Source: Candidatus Woesearchaeota archaeon
Lineage (GTDB): Archaea > Nanobdellota > Nanobdellia > SCGC-AAA011-G17 > JACPIM01
Reading direction: 5' to 3'
DNA length: 64,000 nt
Assembly (NCBI GenBank): GCA_964513145.1
Contig: CAZELK010000001.1
Coordinates: 153,692-217,691 of the forward strand
The position numbers were made by a program, and so were the translations under genes. The notes beneath the pieces are model-generated. The model was given only the letters and a program-made list of their open reading frames with translations, was not told where the DNA came from and made no database searches. Of the stretch, positions 28,088 through 37,783 are shown piece after piece. Numbering within the stretch: position 1 is the stretch's first letter; each line of letters starts with the position of its first letter.

Positions 28088-28786
28088 ATGAGCGAATTAC
28101 TAATTAAAGATAAGGATATTGTTACACCAGGCCAGGAATTGGCTGTTGGTATGGATTTTTTGCCTAACTCGGGAACATATAGGGATAATGATAAAATTAT
28201 AGCATCACAATTAGGTTTAGTTAGTCTAAATAGTCGTGTAATTAAAATAATCCCTTTAAATGGAAAATATGTCCCTAAAAGAGGAGACACTGTAATTGGA
28301 AAAATTAAAGATATGAATTTTAGTAATTGGTTTGTTGATATAGGTTATGCCTATGATGCTGTTTTGTCATCCAAAGAAATTAGCACAGACTATATTGAGA
28401 GGGGCGCTGATTTATCTCAGTTTTATGATTTAGGTGATGTAATTGTTGCTAAAATCACAAATGTCTCAAAATTAAAAATGACTGATCTGTCAATGAGAGG
28501 ACCAGGTTTAAGAAAATTAACAGAAGGAAGAATTGTTAAAATAAGTACAGTTAAAGTTCCAAGGCTAATTGGTAAAGAAGGTAGCATGATAACAATGATA
28601 AAAGAATTGACTGATTGCAAAATAACTGCTGGTCAAAATGGTATTGTTTGGATTAGTGGAAATGATTCTAGAAAGGAAAGAATAGCTGTAGAAGCAGTAA
28701 ACATGATCAGTGATAAATCTCAATCTAGTAATCTAACTGAAAAAGTAAAAGAATTTTTAGAAATGAGGCTAAAAGAAAATGTATAA
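28088..28786 (+). CDS. rrp4: Exosome RNA-binding subunit Rrp4
   Basis: YVPKRGDTVIG, KVPRLIGKEGSM, GQNGIVWI. Confidence 0.95.
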   Translation: MSELLIKDKDIVTPGQELAVGMDFLPNSGTYRDNDKIIASQLGLVSLNSRVIKIIPLNGKYVPKRGDTVIGKIKDMNFSNWFVDIGYAYDAVLSSKEISTDYIERGADLSQFYDLGDVIVAKITNVSKLKMTDLSMRGPGLRKLTEGRIVKISTVKVPRLIGKEGSMITMIKELTDCKITAGQNGIVWISGNDSRKERIAVEAVNMISDKSQSSNLTEKVKEFLEMRLKENV

Positions 28787-29480
28787 GAAAAGATTCGACG
28801 GAAGAAAATTTGATGAAACAAGACCAATAGAAGCAAAAGTTGGCATCGTGAAAAGAGCAGATGGTAGTGCAATGTTTGCAATTGGCAAAACAACTGCCTT
28901 GGCAGCAGTTTTCGGTCCTAGAGAACTTCATCCAAAGTTTTTGCAAGACCCGTCTAAAGGTATTTTAAGATGTAGTTATAATATGATGGCTTTTTCTGGT
29001 TCAGGTGAGAGAGTTAAGCCAGGAACTTCAAGAAGAAGCAGGGAAATTTCATTAGTAACGGAAGGCGCATTAAACCCAGTTTTAGATTTAAATGAATTCC
29101 CTGGAACTGTTGTAGATGTTTTTGTTGAAATAATCCAAAGCGATGCTGGCACTAGATGTGCTGGTATTTGCGCAGCTTCAATGGCTTTGGCAGATGCAGG
29201 TTTTCCAATGAAAGATTTGGTTAGTGCAGTTTCAGTTGGAAGAGTTGATGATAAATTAGTTGTTGATTTGAATAAAGAAGAAGAAGATCATCATGAAGGT
29301 GCTGGAGTAGCTGACATTGCTGTTGCCATGATGCCAAGATTGGGAAAATTAACTTTATTGCAAATGGACGGCGTAGTTACTAAAGAAGATATTTCAAAAG
29401 TATTGGAAATGGCAAAAGAATCTTGCAAAAAAATTTACGAAGTGCAAAAAAATGCTTTAATGGAGAAATATAAACTATGA
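28779..29480 (+). CDS. rrp41: Exosome core subunit Rrp41
   Basis: RFDGRKFDETR, ADGSA, SDAGTRCA. Confidence 0.97.
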   Translation: MYKKRFDGRKFDETRPIEAKVGIVKRADGSAMFAIGKTTALAAVFGPRELHPKFLQDPSKGILRCSYNMMAFSGSGERVKPGTSRRSREISLVTEGALNPVLDLNEFPGTVVDVFVEIIQSDAGTRCAGICAASMALADAGFPMKDLVSAVSVGRVDDKLVVDLNKEEEDHHEGAGVADIAVAMMPRLGKLTLLQMDGVVTKEDISKVLEMAKESCKKIYEVQKNALMEKYKL

Positions 29481-30274
29481 AAATAATAACAGATCATATT
29501 TATTCTTTGCTTGACAAAGGAGAAAGGCTTGATGGGAGAAAATTCAACGAATTTAGAAAAGAAATTGTTGTTGAATATGGAATAAGCCCAAAATCTGCTG
29601 AAGGCAGCGCAAGAGTTAAAATTGGAAACACAGAAGTTGTAGCTGGTGTTAAATTTGAGCTGATTAAGCCATATCCAGACGAACCAGACAAAGGAACAAT
29701 TATGGCTGGTGTTGAATTATTGCCTTTAAGTTCTCCTGAATTTGAAAGTGGTCCTCCGGATATTAAGGCTGTTGAACTGGCTCGTGCTGTTGTAGACAGG
29801 GGTTTAAGAGAAAGCGGAGCTATTGATTTCAAAAGTTTATGTATTAAAAAATCTGAAAAAGCATGGGTAATAGTAATTGATGTTTACTCTATAAATGATG
29901 ATGGTAATCTGGCAGATGCAATGGGTCTGTGTGCCTTGGCTGCATTAAAAGATGCAAAATTCCCAAAATATGATGAAAAAACCGACAAAATTCTATATAG
30001 TGAAAGAACAACAAAAGGGCTTAATCTAAAAGAGCTGCCTATACCAATTACAGTTATAAAAATAAAAGATAAATTATTAGTTGATCCAACATTGGAAGAA
30101 GAAAATTGCATAGATGCAAGATTAACAATTACCACAGTCGAGGACGGAAAAATCTGCGCCCTCCAAAAAGGCGGCAAAGGACCATTAACAATAACAGAAA
30201 TTGAAAGCATGGTTGATCTTGCAATTATTAAAAGTAGAGAATTAAGAAAAATTCTTGAAAAATCGCAAAAATAA
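29477..30274 (+). CDS. rrp42: Exosome core subunit Rrp42
   Basis: RLDGRKFNEFR, AEGSARV, ELARAVVDR, DDGNL. Confidence 0.97.
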   Translation: MKIITDHIYSLLDKGERLDGRKFNEFRKEIVVEYGISPKSAEGSARVKIGNTEVVAGVKFELIKPYPDEPDKGTIMAGVELLPLSSPEFESGPPDIKAVELARAVVDRGLRESGAIDFKSLCIKKSEKAWVIVIDVYSINDDGNLADAMGLCALAALKDAKFPKYDEKTDKILYSERTTKGLNLKELPIPITVIKIKDKLLVDPTLEEENCIDARLTITTVEDGKICALQKGGKGPLTITEIESMVDLAIIKSRELRKILEKSQK

Positions 30275-30322
30275 TTTTTCAAAAGGTTTTTAAACAATAA
30301 TTTTAAATTTTTATAAGGCAGC

Positions 30323-30541
30323 ATGGAAAAAATGAAATACACAAAGTATGAAACTGCACGAATTATAGGTGCAAGAGCCTTGCAGATAACTATGGGCAGC
30401 CCTTTGTTGATAAAAGTAGACGATGAAAAATTACAAAAAATAAATTATAGTTCTATAGAATTGGCAAAAGAAGAATTTAGAAAAAATGTTCTGCCAATTA
30501 CAATTAAAAGACCATTGCCTAAAAAAATAGTTCTTCCTTAA
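30323..30541 (+). CDS. rpoK: RNA polymerase subunit K (Rpo6)
   Basis: TKYETARIIGARALQI. Confidence 0.95.
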   Translation: MEKMKYTKYETARIIGARALQITMGSPLLIKVDDEKLQKINYSSIELAKEEFRKNVLPITIKRPLPKKIVLP

Positions 30542-31527
30542 TTTTTTTCTGCAAAACATTTTGCAACAATTAATGGGAATAAAATAGTTGCATCTCCAAA
30601 AACTTTTACTGATTGTGATTTTGGAATAATTTTCCCCCATGAAACAGCCTCATCTGGTCTTGCTCCAGCATCAGAACCGTCAAATTCCTGTGAATTATTA
30701 ATATAAACAGCATAATCACATCCGTTTCTCATCATATTTGTATTTAGAATATGATGCTTTACTAAGCCAGATCCTAAGATAATTACTCCTGTTTTTTTTG
30801 ATTCAAAAGTTAAGTCATTTAATCTTTTCATGTCTTCAGCAATGTCAATTTTAAACTCTGGATGTTTAAACTTGAAAAAATAAATCATGTCACCAATAGA
30901 CCCGTCAGTTATGGCTGGACAAAAAATAGGGATTTTATTTTTATAAGCCCAGTAGCATATTGATTCTTCATTATTAATTGCTTTTCCCAAAATATGTGCA
31001 AATTCAGAAGGCGAGATTATTTTTCCAGTCTCATTTTGTTCTTTTGCTATTTTTTCTAGTTCTGGAATTAAAAAATCTTCAAATCTGCAATACCTAGAAT
31101 TAGGAACAAAAATATTACCAGTCCTGTTAATTCCCCTTTCCCTTAATTTTTTCCCGTCTTCTTCAAAACTTCCCAAAATAAAGTTGTCAATGCACTTTAT
31201 GATATCTTCTTCAACTCCGCCAGCTGTTGTTACTATTATATCTACTAATTTATGCTGAGCTAAATACCTAAAAATATCCCTTAATCCAGAAGTAACCATA
31301 TTTGATGTATACCCCAAATAAATCCTGCAATTATCTTTTCTCATTTCTTTGATTATTTCAATTGCTTTTGCTAAATTTGTAGCTTGGAACCCGGTAGTAA
31401 AAAAAGAATCTATTAATTTATCATAATTCAAGCCTTTATTGAAGTCGTATCCTTTTATAGCTGTATAATCTTTAGGTTCTTCTGATTCTCTCAAGACATT
31501 CTCTTTTGCTTCTTTTAAGTTTTCCAT
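30538..31527 (-). CDS. dys: Deoxyhypusine synthase
   Basis: TGFQATN, GYTSNMVTSGLR, PAITDGSIGD, SGLVKHH, EAVSWGK. Confidence 0.97.
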   Translation of the reverse strand: MENLKEAKENVLRESEEPKDYTAIKGYDFNKGLNYDKLIDSFFTTGFQATNLAKAIEIIKEMRKDNCRIYLGYTSNMVTSGLRDIFRYLAQHKLVDIIVTTAGGVEEDIIKCIDNFILGSFEEDGKKLRERGINRTGNIFVPNSRYCRFEDFLIPELEKIAKEQNETGKIISPSEFAHILGKAINNEESICYWAYKNKIPIFCPAITDGSIGDMIYFFKFKHPEFKIDIAEDMKRLNDLTFESKKTGVIILGSGLVKHHILNTNMMRNGCDYAVYINNSQEFDGSDAGARPDEAVSWGKIIPKSQSVKVFGDATILFPLIVAKCFAEKN

Positions 31528-31568
31528 AGTTTTTGAAAAATTATAAAATATATAAATTTGAGTAAGGA

Positions 31569-32042
31569 TTAAGATTTAGGCGATTTCTTTATTTCACTAT
31601 CTGGGTTTGAAATGATAATATCAAAATCTTTTATAATAAAGTCTAAATTTGGTTTTGTTAAATTAGGGTTAAAAATAAAAACATTTACATCAGAGCCCCT
31701 TTCTGAATATTCCTTTATTTCTAAATCCCACATAAATATGACATCTTTAGAAGGAGCTACAAAATTATACCCAACATGATAAAATAAATATTCTAATTCA
31801 TTAAAATATTCACTAATATATCGATCATATGCGTCATGTGAATAGTAAGCTGAAACACCCCACATATTATTTATAATCTTGGGTCTCTGAAATTTCTCTA
31901 TAGCTTTTCTACAAAAATATGTTTTCCCAGCATTTTGTGCACCATGAACACTAACTATAATAGGTTTATTTTTGATTTGTTTATAACGATTTTTAACTTC
32001 TTCCAAAGCTTCTTCAATTGTAAATATTTTTGATGGTTTCAT
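31569..32042 (-). CDS. Hypothetical protein with P-loop-like motif
   Basis: VHGAQNAGKT. Confidence 0.5.
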   Translation of the reverse strand: MKPSKIFTIEEALEEVKNRYKQIKNKPIIVSVHGAQNAGKTYFCRKAIEKFQRPKIINNMWGVSAYYSHDAYDRYISEYFNELEYLFYHVGYNFVAPSKDVIFMWDLEIKEYSERGSDVNVFIFNPNLTKPNLDFIIKDFDIIISNPDSEIKKSPKS

Positions 32043-32147
32043 TATTTTCTTTTGTTATTCAAAATCTATTTATAAAGCTTACTATTTTTTACTACTAATA
32101 AGTAAAATAAGAAATGTTTTTATAATTACATTATAAACTAAATTTGA

Positions 32148-33272
32148 ATGAAAATAAAGAACATTAAAATAAATCAAATTTTAAATTCTAAAAATGAAAA
32201 TACAGTTGAATTAATAGTAAATGATAAGTTTAAAGCTTCTTCTGGCGGGGATGGCGATTTAAATAAAAATATAAGTGAAAATCCGGGAGAAGATATAAAC
32301 TTCCTGAGTAAAATTTTGAATAAAGGCATGTATAATTTTGATATTTCAACATTTAAGGATATTCTAGAAATTGAAGAAATTCTATTGGGTTATGATAAAT
32401 CTAATAAACTTGCTAAATTAGGTGGCAATGTTCTGTTGTCTTTGGAATTCGCCCTTTTAAAATTAATAAATAATCAGCCATATAAAATTTTTAACAAGCA
32501 CCCGGATAAATTACCTTTGAATATGTGCAATTGTGCTGTTGTTAATTATGATGAAAAAAGGCAGATTAAGCAGGAAATAATCTTAATACCAAACACAACC
32601 AAGTTTTCCGAAGGTTTTTTTGCTAATACATATATCTATAGAAAGTTAGGGTCTTTATTCAAAACAAATGAAAAAAATGATGAAGGTAGTTTTATTATCA
32701 ATTCTAAAATAGAAGACTCATTTTTTCAGCTTGAAAAATTGACAAATGAAGTAACAAAAAAATTGGGAATAGACTTTTCTTTTGGTTTGAATTTGGATGC
32801 ACAATCAATAATTAAAAATAATATATATAAGTTAGGTAAAAATAATTTTACAATAAATGAACATCTATCTTATATTAATAAATTAATCAATAGATTTGAT
32901 ATAAGTTATTTAGAAGACCCGTTAAACAGGGAAAATGTAAATTCCATAAGTAAATTAAAAACAGAATATCTGGCTGGAAATAAGATCTTTAATAATATGC
33001 AGAATTTAAAGAAATATGCAAGGCATTTTAATTGTGCTGTAATAAAAATAAATGAAATCGGAAGTCTGGGAAAATTAAAAAAAATAATCGATTTTTGTAA
33101 AAATAATGATATAAGTACTGTTTTAAGCCAGGCAACAGGCGACACAAATGAAACAGTTATATCTGATATAGCAGTTGGTTTTGAATTTGATTTTATAAAA
33201 TATTGTGCATATGGAAAAGAAAGAATATCTAAATTAAACCGTATAAAATCAATAGAAACTGAATTCTCCTAA
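32148..33272 (+). CDS. Degenerate enolase-like protein
   Basis: Collinear enolase landmarks (LGGN, DEG, LEDP, IKINEIG, ERISKLN) with several catalytic residues replaced. Confidence 0.8.
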   Translation: MKIKNIKINQILNSKNENTVELIVNDKFKASSGGDGDLNKNISENPGEDINFLSKILNKGMYNFDISTFKDILEIEEILLGYDKSNKLAKLGGNVLLSLEFALLKLINNQPYKIFNKHPDKLPLNMCNCAVVNYDEKRQIKQEIILIPNTTKFSEGFFANTYIYRKLGSLFKTNEKNDEGSFIINSKIEDSFFQLEKLTNEVTKKLGIDFSFGLNLDAQSIIKNNIYKLGKNNFTINEHLSYINKLINRFDISYLEDPLNRENVNSISKLKTEYLAGNKIFNNMQNLKKYARHFNCAVIKINEIGSLGKLKKIIDFCKNNDISTVLSQATGDTNETVISDIAVGFEFDFIKYCAYGKERISKLNRIKSIETEFS

Positions 33273-33366
33273 AATGTTACTATTGTATGTAGGTTATAAA
33301 ACTATTTATATGCAAAATAGAGTATTAATTTATAAAATTTACCATAAAAATAGGAGGTGACATTTT

Positions 33367-34038
33367 GTGGCAAACTTACTTACTGAAACTACAGTAGCTA
33401 TATTAAATCCTTTGCAACAATTATGGCTAGAAGCCGTCAGAGTTGTACCTAATTTAGTTGGTGCAATACTAGTTCTTGTTATCGGTGTTTTTGTTGCATC
33501 TATCTTAGGCCATGCTTTAAGAGTTTTGCTTGAGAAGACAAAGATGGATAATGCCCTAAGAAAGGCAAAATTAACAAAAGCAGTAGGACATACTAATGTT
33601 CCGGCTTTACTAGGAGAACTTCTAAAATGGTTTGTTATTATAATCTTTTTAGAACAGTCTGTTTCTTTGGTAAACTTGGGAAGTTTATCTGCTTTGCTTA
33701 ACGCTTTTGTCTTATGGTTACCGCAATTGCTAGTAGCTATAGTTGTATTTTTACTAGGCCTTGCAGGTTCGCATTTCGCAGAGTACAAAGTTCTTGAGCA
33801 TACTAATTTAAAGGGCATGAGAATTTCTGCAAAAGTGTTGAAATGGGTAATCGTTTTAGTGGTTTCTTTAGTCTCGCTTAGACAAATAGGTGTTGATGTA
33901 GGAATTTTAGAGAATACATTTTTAGTAGTTGTAGCAGCATTAGGCGCAGGAGTCGCTTTAGCACTAGGTATTGGTTTAGGTCTAGGATTAAAGAAAGAAG
34001 CAGAAAATGTCATTAGAGATGTAAAGAAAAATCTCTAA
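33367..34038 (+). CDS. Conserved TM-helix repeat protein (MscS N-terminal-like)
   Basis: Two repeats of P.L..A..V...G; SLRQIGVD; GTG start with GGTGA SD. Confidence 0.75.
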   Translation: MANLLTETTVAILNPLQQLWLEAVRVVPNLVGAILVLVIGVFVASILGHALRVLLEKTKMDNALRKAKLTKAVGHTNVPALLGELLKWFVIIIFLEQSVSLVNLGSLSALLNAFVLWLPQLLVAIVVFLLGLAGSHFAEYKVLEHTNLKGMRISAKVLKWVIVLVVSLVSLRQIGVDVGILENTFLVVVAALGAGVALALGIGLGLGLKKEAENVIRDVKKNL

Positions 34039-34068
34039 TTTATTTTTTCTTTTTAATTTATTTTTAAA

Positions 34069-34626
34069 ATGCGAATATTGGGTAAAACAATACTAGATAA
34101 AGATTTAATTGAAATTTATTTTTCTCAAATACTTTCTATTACTGGCGGAATAATTGCTGGAGTTTTCTTATTAAATTTAATTAATTTAGAAATTTTGGCT
34201 GGTCTGTTCATACTATTCCCCGGCTTATTAGAACTGCATGGAAATATATACGGAAGTTTAAGTGCCAGATTAGGCAACCTGTTATTAATGGGGAAATTAA
34301 AAGATAGCAAAGAAAAAAGAGATTTTATAATACAAAATATTTTTGCAGTTTTATTTTTGATTATATTTGTTAGTTTTATTCTTGGTTTAATTGCCTACTT
34401 ATTTATTTATTTAATATTTGGAATAAATAATCAAATAATAATTTTAGTTTCCATGATAAGTTCTATAATTGGTAGTTTTTTCGAAATACCAGTCACATTT
34501 TATGTTACTTTCTGGGTATACAGGCATAGATTAGACCCTGAAGATGTAATGGGACCATATATAACAACAATGAGCGATATAATAAGTATAATATCTTTGG
34601 TTTTAATAGTAAAAATCTTGACATGA
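34069..34626 (+). CDS. MgtE-type membrane domain, part 1
   Basis: GNIYGSLSARL, LDPEDVMGPYITTMSD. Confidence 0.85.
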   Translation: MRILGKTILDKDLIEIYFSQILSITGGIIAGVFLLNLINLEILAGLFILFPGLLELHGNIYGSLSARLGNLLLMGKLKDSKEKRDFIIQNIFAVLFLIIFVSFILGLIAYLFIYLIFGINNQIIILVSMISSIIGSFFEIPVTFYVTFWVYRHRLDPEDVMGPYITTMSDIISIISLVLIVKILT

Positions 34627-35177
34627 AAGCAAATAAAATAATAAAAGAAAGTTTAAGAGTTTTAATATTGGGTTCTCTTTTAAGTTCAATTGGCGGCTTT
34701 AGTTTGGAATTGATTAAACAAAAATTAACAATTGCCTTGCCATTGATAATAATTTTGCCTTCATTTGCTAGTATGGTTGGAAGCGCAGGCATAATTTCAG
34801 TATCAAAAATTACAACACTATTTTATGAAAAGAAAATTAGCTTAAATAATTTATTTTCAAAAAGAATTTTGCACCTTTTCAGTATTTTATTGACTATCTT
34901 TTCTTTTAGTGCTGTTTATGTTGTTTTCCTGTCTTTACTGATTGCCTACTTAAAAGGTTTTAACATGAATTTAAATTTCATTTCTAAAATGCTTGTAATA
35001 GTTATTAGTACAACAATAATAATTATATCAATAGTCTTTTTGATATCTATATTTGGATCAAGATATGCTATTAAAAGAAACATTGATCCTGATGATTTTT
35101 TAATACCAATTACCACATCAATAGCTGATCTTGGAAGTCTTATTGTATTTTCATTATTAGTTTTATTTTTTTTATGA
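34623..35177 (+). CDS. MgtE-type membrane domain, part 2
   Basis: VGSAGIIS, IDPDDFLIPITTSIADLG. Confidence 0.85.
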   Translation: MKANKIIKESLRVLILGSLLSSIGGFSLELIKQKLTIALPLIIILPSFASMVGSAGIISVSKITTLFYEKKISLNNLFSKRILHLFSILLTIFSFSAVYVVFLSLLIAYLKGFNMNLNFISKMLVIVISTTIIIISIVFLISIFGSRYAIKRNIDPDDFLIPITTSIADLGSLIVFSLLVLFFL

Positions 35178-35392
35178 CTTTTAATTAAAATGAGCAGAGA
35201 AATTTGAATGAATTAACTCCGCATGAAGTTTATTTTGGTTTCAAAAAGCATAAGAAATATTACATTTATGAGAGTTTAAATAGAATAATATAATGAGAGT
35301 TTAAAGTAAGGTGGGTGGTGCAATATCTATTGACCCTACACATAAATTCGTAATTAGTTAGATTTAAATACAGCTGATTATGTGAAAGTTTC

Positions 35393-35992
35393 ATGGCTGA
35401 ACAACAACTTTTAGTACCACTAGATACATATCTTAAGGTAGGAGTGCATATAGGTACTAAATTCAGAACCAAATACATGGAGCAGTTTATTTATAGGATT
35501 AGACCAGATGGTCTGGCTGTCTTAAATGTACAAAAAATAGATGAAAGAATGAACCTTGCAATCAAATTCTTATGTAAATATAATAAAGAAGATATTTTAA
35601 TTGTTGGGAGAAGGGAAAACGGCTTGGATGCAGTTAAATTATTCTCCAAATTAACAGGCATAAGATGTTTTGCAGGCAGATACCCTCCGGGAATTTTAAC
35701 AAATCCAAATTTGGAAGAATTTATTGAAGCCAAGGTTTTACTAGTCACAGATCCATGGCCAGATAGAAATGCTGTATTTGATGCTATAAAAATAGGAATT
35801 CCTGTAATTGCATTATGTGATACTAATAACGAATCTAACTTTGTTGATTTAGTAGTTCCTTGCAATAATAAAGGTAAAAAGAGCTTGGGCTTATTCTTTT
35901 GGGTATTTGCAAAAGAATTTCTAAAGGCAAAGGGCTTAATAAAAAGTGAAGAAGAAATTCCAGCTAAATTAGATCAGTTTATAGAAGAGTGA
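35393..35992 (+). CDS. rps2: 30S ribosomal protein uS2
   Basis: YLKVGVHIGT, RYPPGILTNP, IPVIALCDT, PCNNKG. Confidence 0.97.
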   Translation: MAEQQLLVPLDTYLKVGVHIGTKFRTKYMEQFIYRIRPDGLAVLNVQKIDERMNLAIKFLCKYNKEDILIVGRRENGLDAVKLFSKLTGIRCFAGRYPPGILTNPNLEEFIEAKVLLVTDPWPDRNAVFDAIKIGIPVIALCDTNNESNFVDLVVPCNNKGKKSLGLFFWVFAKEFLKAKGLIKSEEEIPAKLDQFIEE

Positions 35993-36645
35993 AGCTCCCA
36001 GTCACAACCACGTTTTGATTAAACTTTTTTTTAAAGGTTTATTTTTGATTAAACTTTTTCCAAAAAAGTTTACTGTGTGGCATCCTTTTAAGATAAAGTT
36101 TTTCAGTTAACGCTTTTCTCAAAAGGGTTAAGGGGTTCTTGGTTCATTGAGTCTGAATAAGTCTTGTTTTTTCCCGAGGCTTTTTCATAAAAAGGCTCTC
36201 CCAAAGCGTTACTTTCTGTCCTTCCGACAGTAGCTTTTTTTAATATATTTAAAGCGGAATTATAATCCCTGTCAATATTTAATCCACAATCACAATTATG
36301 TTCTCTATCAAACAATTCTTTTTTAACTATTTTATTGCAATTACTGCATTCCTGGGTTGTTCCTCTTGGATCTCTTTTATTACTTTAATACCAGCACTTT
36401 CAGCCTTGTACTGAAGCATTTGTATAAATTTAGACCATGAAGCATCTGAAATTGATCTTGATAAATATTTATTTTGAATCATATTTTGAATTTGTAAATT
36501 CTCTACAGCAATTAAATTGTAATTATTTATATAATATCTGCTTAAATTATGCAAAAAATCATTTCTTTGGTTTTCTATTTTCTCATATAATCTGGCAACT
36601 TTTAATCTTTGCTTGTTTTTATTATTGCTTCCTTTATGTTTTTTA
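35989..36645 (-). mobile_element. IS200/IS605-family remnant (truncated, frameshifted tnpB plus right end)
   Basis: Right-end-like GATGCCACACAG...CGTGG and GGGAGCTTCAC on the minus strand, downstream of tnpB fragments. Confidence 0.75.
36103..36645 (-). pseudogene. tnpB: TnpB C-terminal half
   Basis: GSNNKNKQRLKVARLYEKIENQRNDFLH, IAVENL, ISDASWSKF, frameshift near 36374, C..C...HNCDCGLNIDRDYNSALNI. Confidence 0.9.
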
Positions 36646-36826
36646 ATAATTCTTCTTCAGTCAATAATTTTCTAAGCAGAATTTCTAAATCAGAAAAATT
36701 ATCTAGAAATCCACTTAAAAAATCAGGGCTACCCATCAAATTTAATTAATTTTAATAATATATAAAATTATCATTAGTTACTGCAGTATCAAAAAAATAT
36801 TAAACATAGTATTAATTGGATAAAAG

Positions 36827-37162
36827 ATGAATGAAGACTCTTATTCAACAAGACCTATTAAAGAAATTGATATTTTAAGTTTTAAAGATTTAAAATCAAA
36901 TAAAGAAATAAGAGTATCTCCACATGCTTTTGATATGTTAAGCGAAAGGCAAAGAAAGGTATTTAAAGAAGAAGAATTATTATATATGGTAGTTAGAGAA
37001 ACTCCAAGAAAGATATATTTACAGGAAAATGGCAGATATTGTGCTTTTTACAGAAAAACAGATGGATATAGGAAATTAATCTTGGAATTTGAAGAAAATA
37101 TATTAAGCATTGTAACATTTGTGGATTCATTAGAAATCCCAAATTTTAAACTTGAAAAATGA
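36827..37162 (+). CDS. DUF4258-like putative toxin
   Basis: VSPHAFDMLSER; paired with a DUF2283-like gene. Confidence 0.55.
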   Translation: MNEDSYSTRPIKEIDILSFKDLKSNKEIRVSPHAFDMLSERQRKVFKEEELLYMVVRETPRKIYLQENGRYCAFYRKTDGYRKLILEFEENILSIVTFVDSLEIPNFKLEK

Positions 37163-37566
37163 AAGAAAAACAATTGAATGGAAAAGGAGAATTTTTATAT
37201 GATTTTAAGCATGATATTTTGACATTTAAAATCAAAGACAGAGATTATAAACAATCAATAGAATTACAAAACTTTTGTTTAGACATAGATACAGAAAACT
37301 TTGTAACTGGAGTAAGAATATTTGATGTTTCCAAGGTATCTGGATTGAAAAAATTAATTTTTAGGAATTTAACTCATGGTGAGTTTAAATCATCTGTTAA
37401 AGACAACATAATAACAGTAAGACTTAATTTTATTGGCAAGATAAGAAACAAGTTAATACCTATATTCAGTAAAGAAGAAAACTTTACACAACAGATTGTA
37501 ACACCAATAGAGTCTAAAAGAAAAATTGAAGATTCAACAGCTATAGTTCAAGAAATTATAACTTAA
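37159..37566 (+). CDS. DUF2283-like putative antitoxin
   Basis: YDFKHDIL, LDIDTENFVTGVRI. Confidence 0.7.
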   Translation: MKEKQLNGKGEFLYDFKHDILTFKIKDRDYKQSIELQNFCLDIDTENFVTGVRIFDVSKVSGLKKLIFRNLTHGEFKSSVKDNIITVRLNFIGKIRNKLIPIFSKEENFTQQIVTPIESKRKIEDSTAIVQEIIT

Positions 37567-37783
37567 TGGAACTTATAAGAATAGTTCTCAAACCTACGCA
37601 ACTAGCACATGGTAGTGTGCCGGCGTGTCCAGTGCTTTTTGTCCAGTTGTATTTATAAATAGGAGCTGTTTTGTTTTTTAAGTAAATGCTTAATCATTGC
37701 AAGCAACGGAGTATTAAAGGATAATAAAATTTATATACTATTTATTTCAGATAACATTCTAGTATTTTGAAACGGTAGTTACA

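Noticed and set aside
35268-35305. 13-bp direct repeat ATGAGAGTTTAAA upstream of rps2
   Set aside because: Two AT-rich copies only; could be an operator but nothing else supports it.
36013-36071. Two 17-bp repeats 30 bp apart near tnpB, considered as a mini CRISPR array for a Cas12f-like protein
   Set aside because: Only two low-complexity units with a 13-nt gap; the tnpB is truncated and no cas1/cas2 is present.
36602-36736. 44-aa minus-strand ORF running into the tnpB remnant
   Set aside because: Probably a deletion-junction product; no motif recognised.
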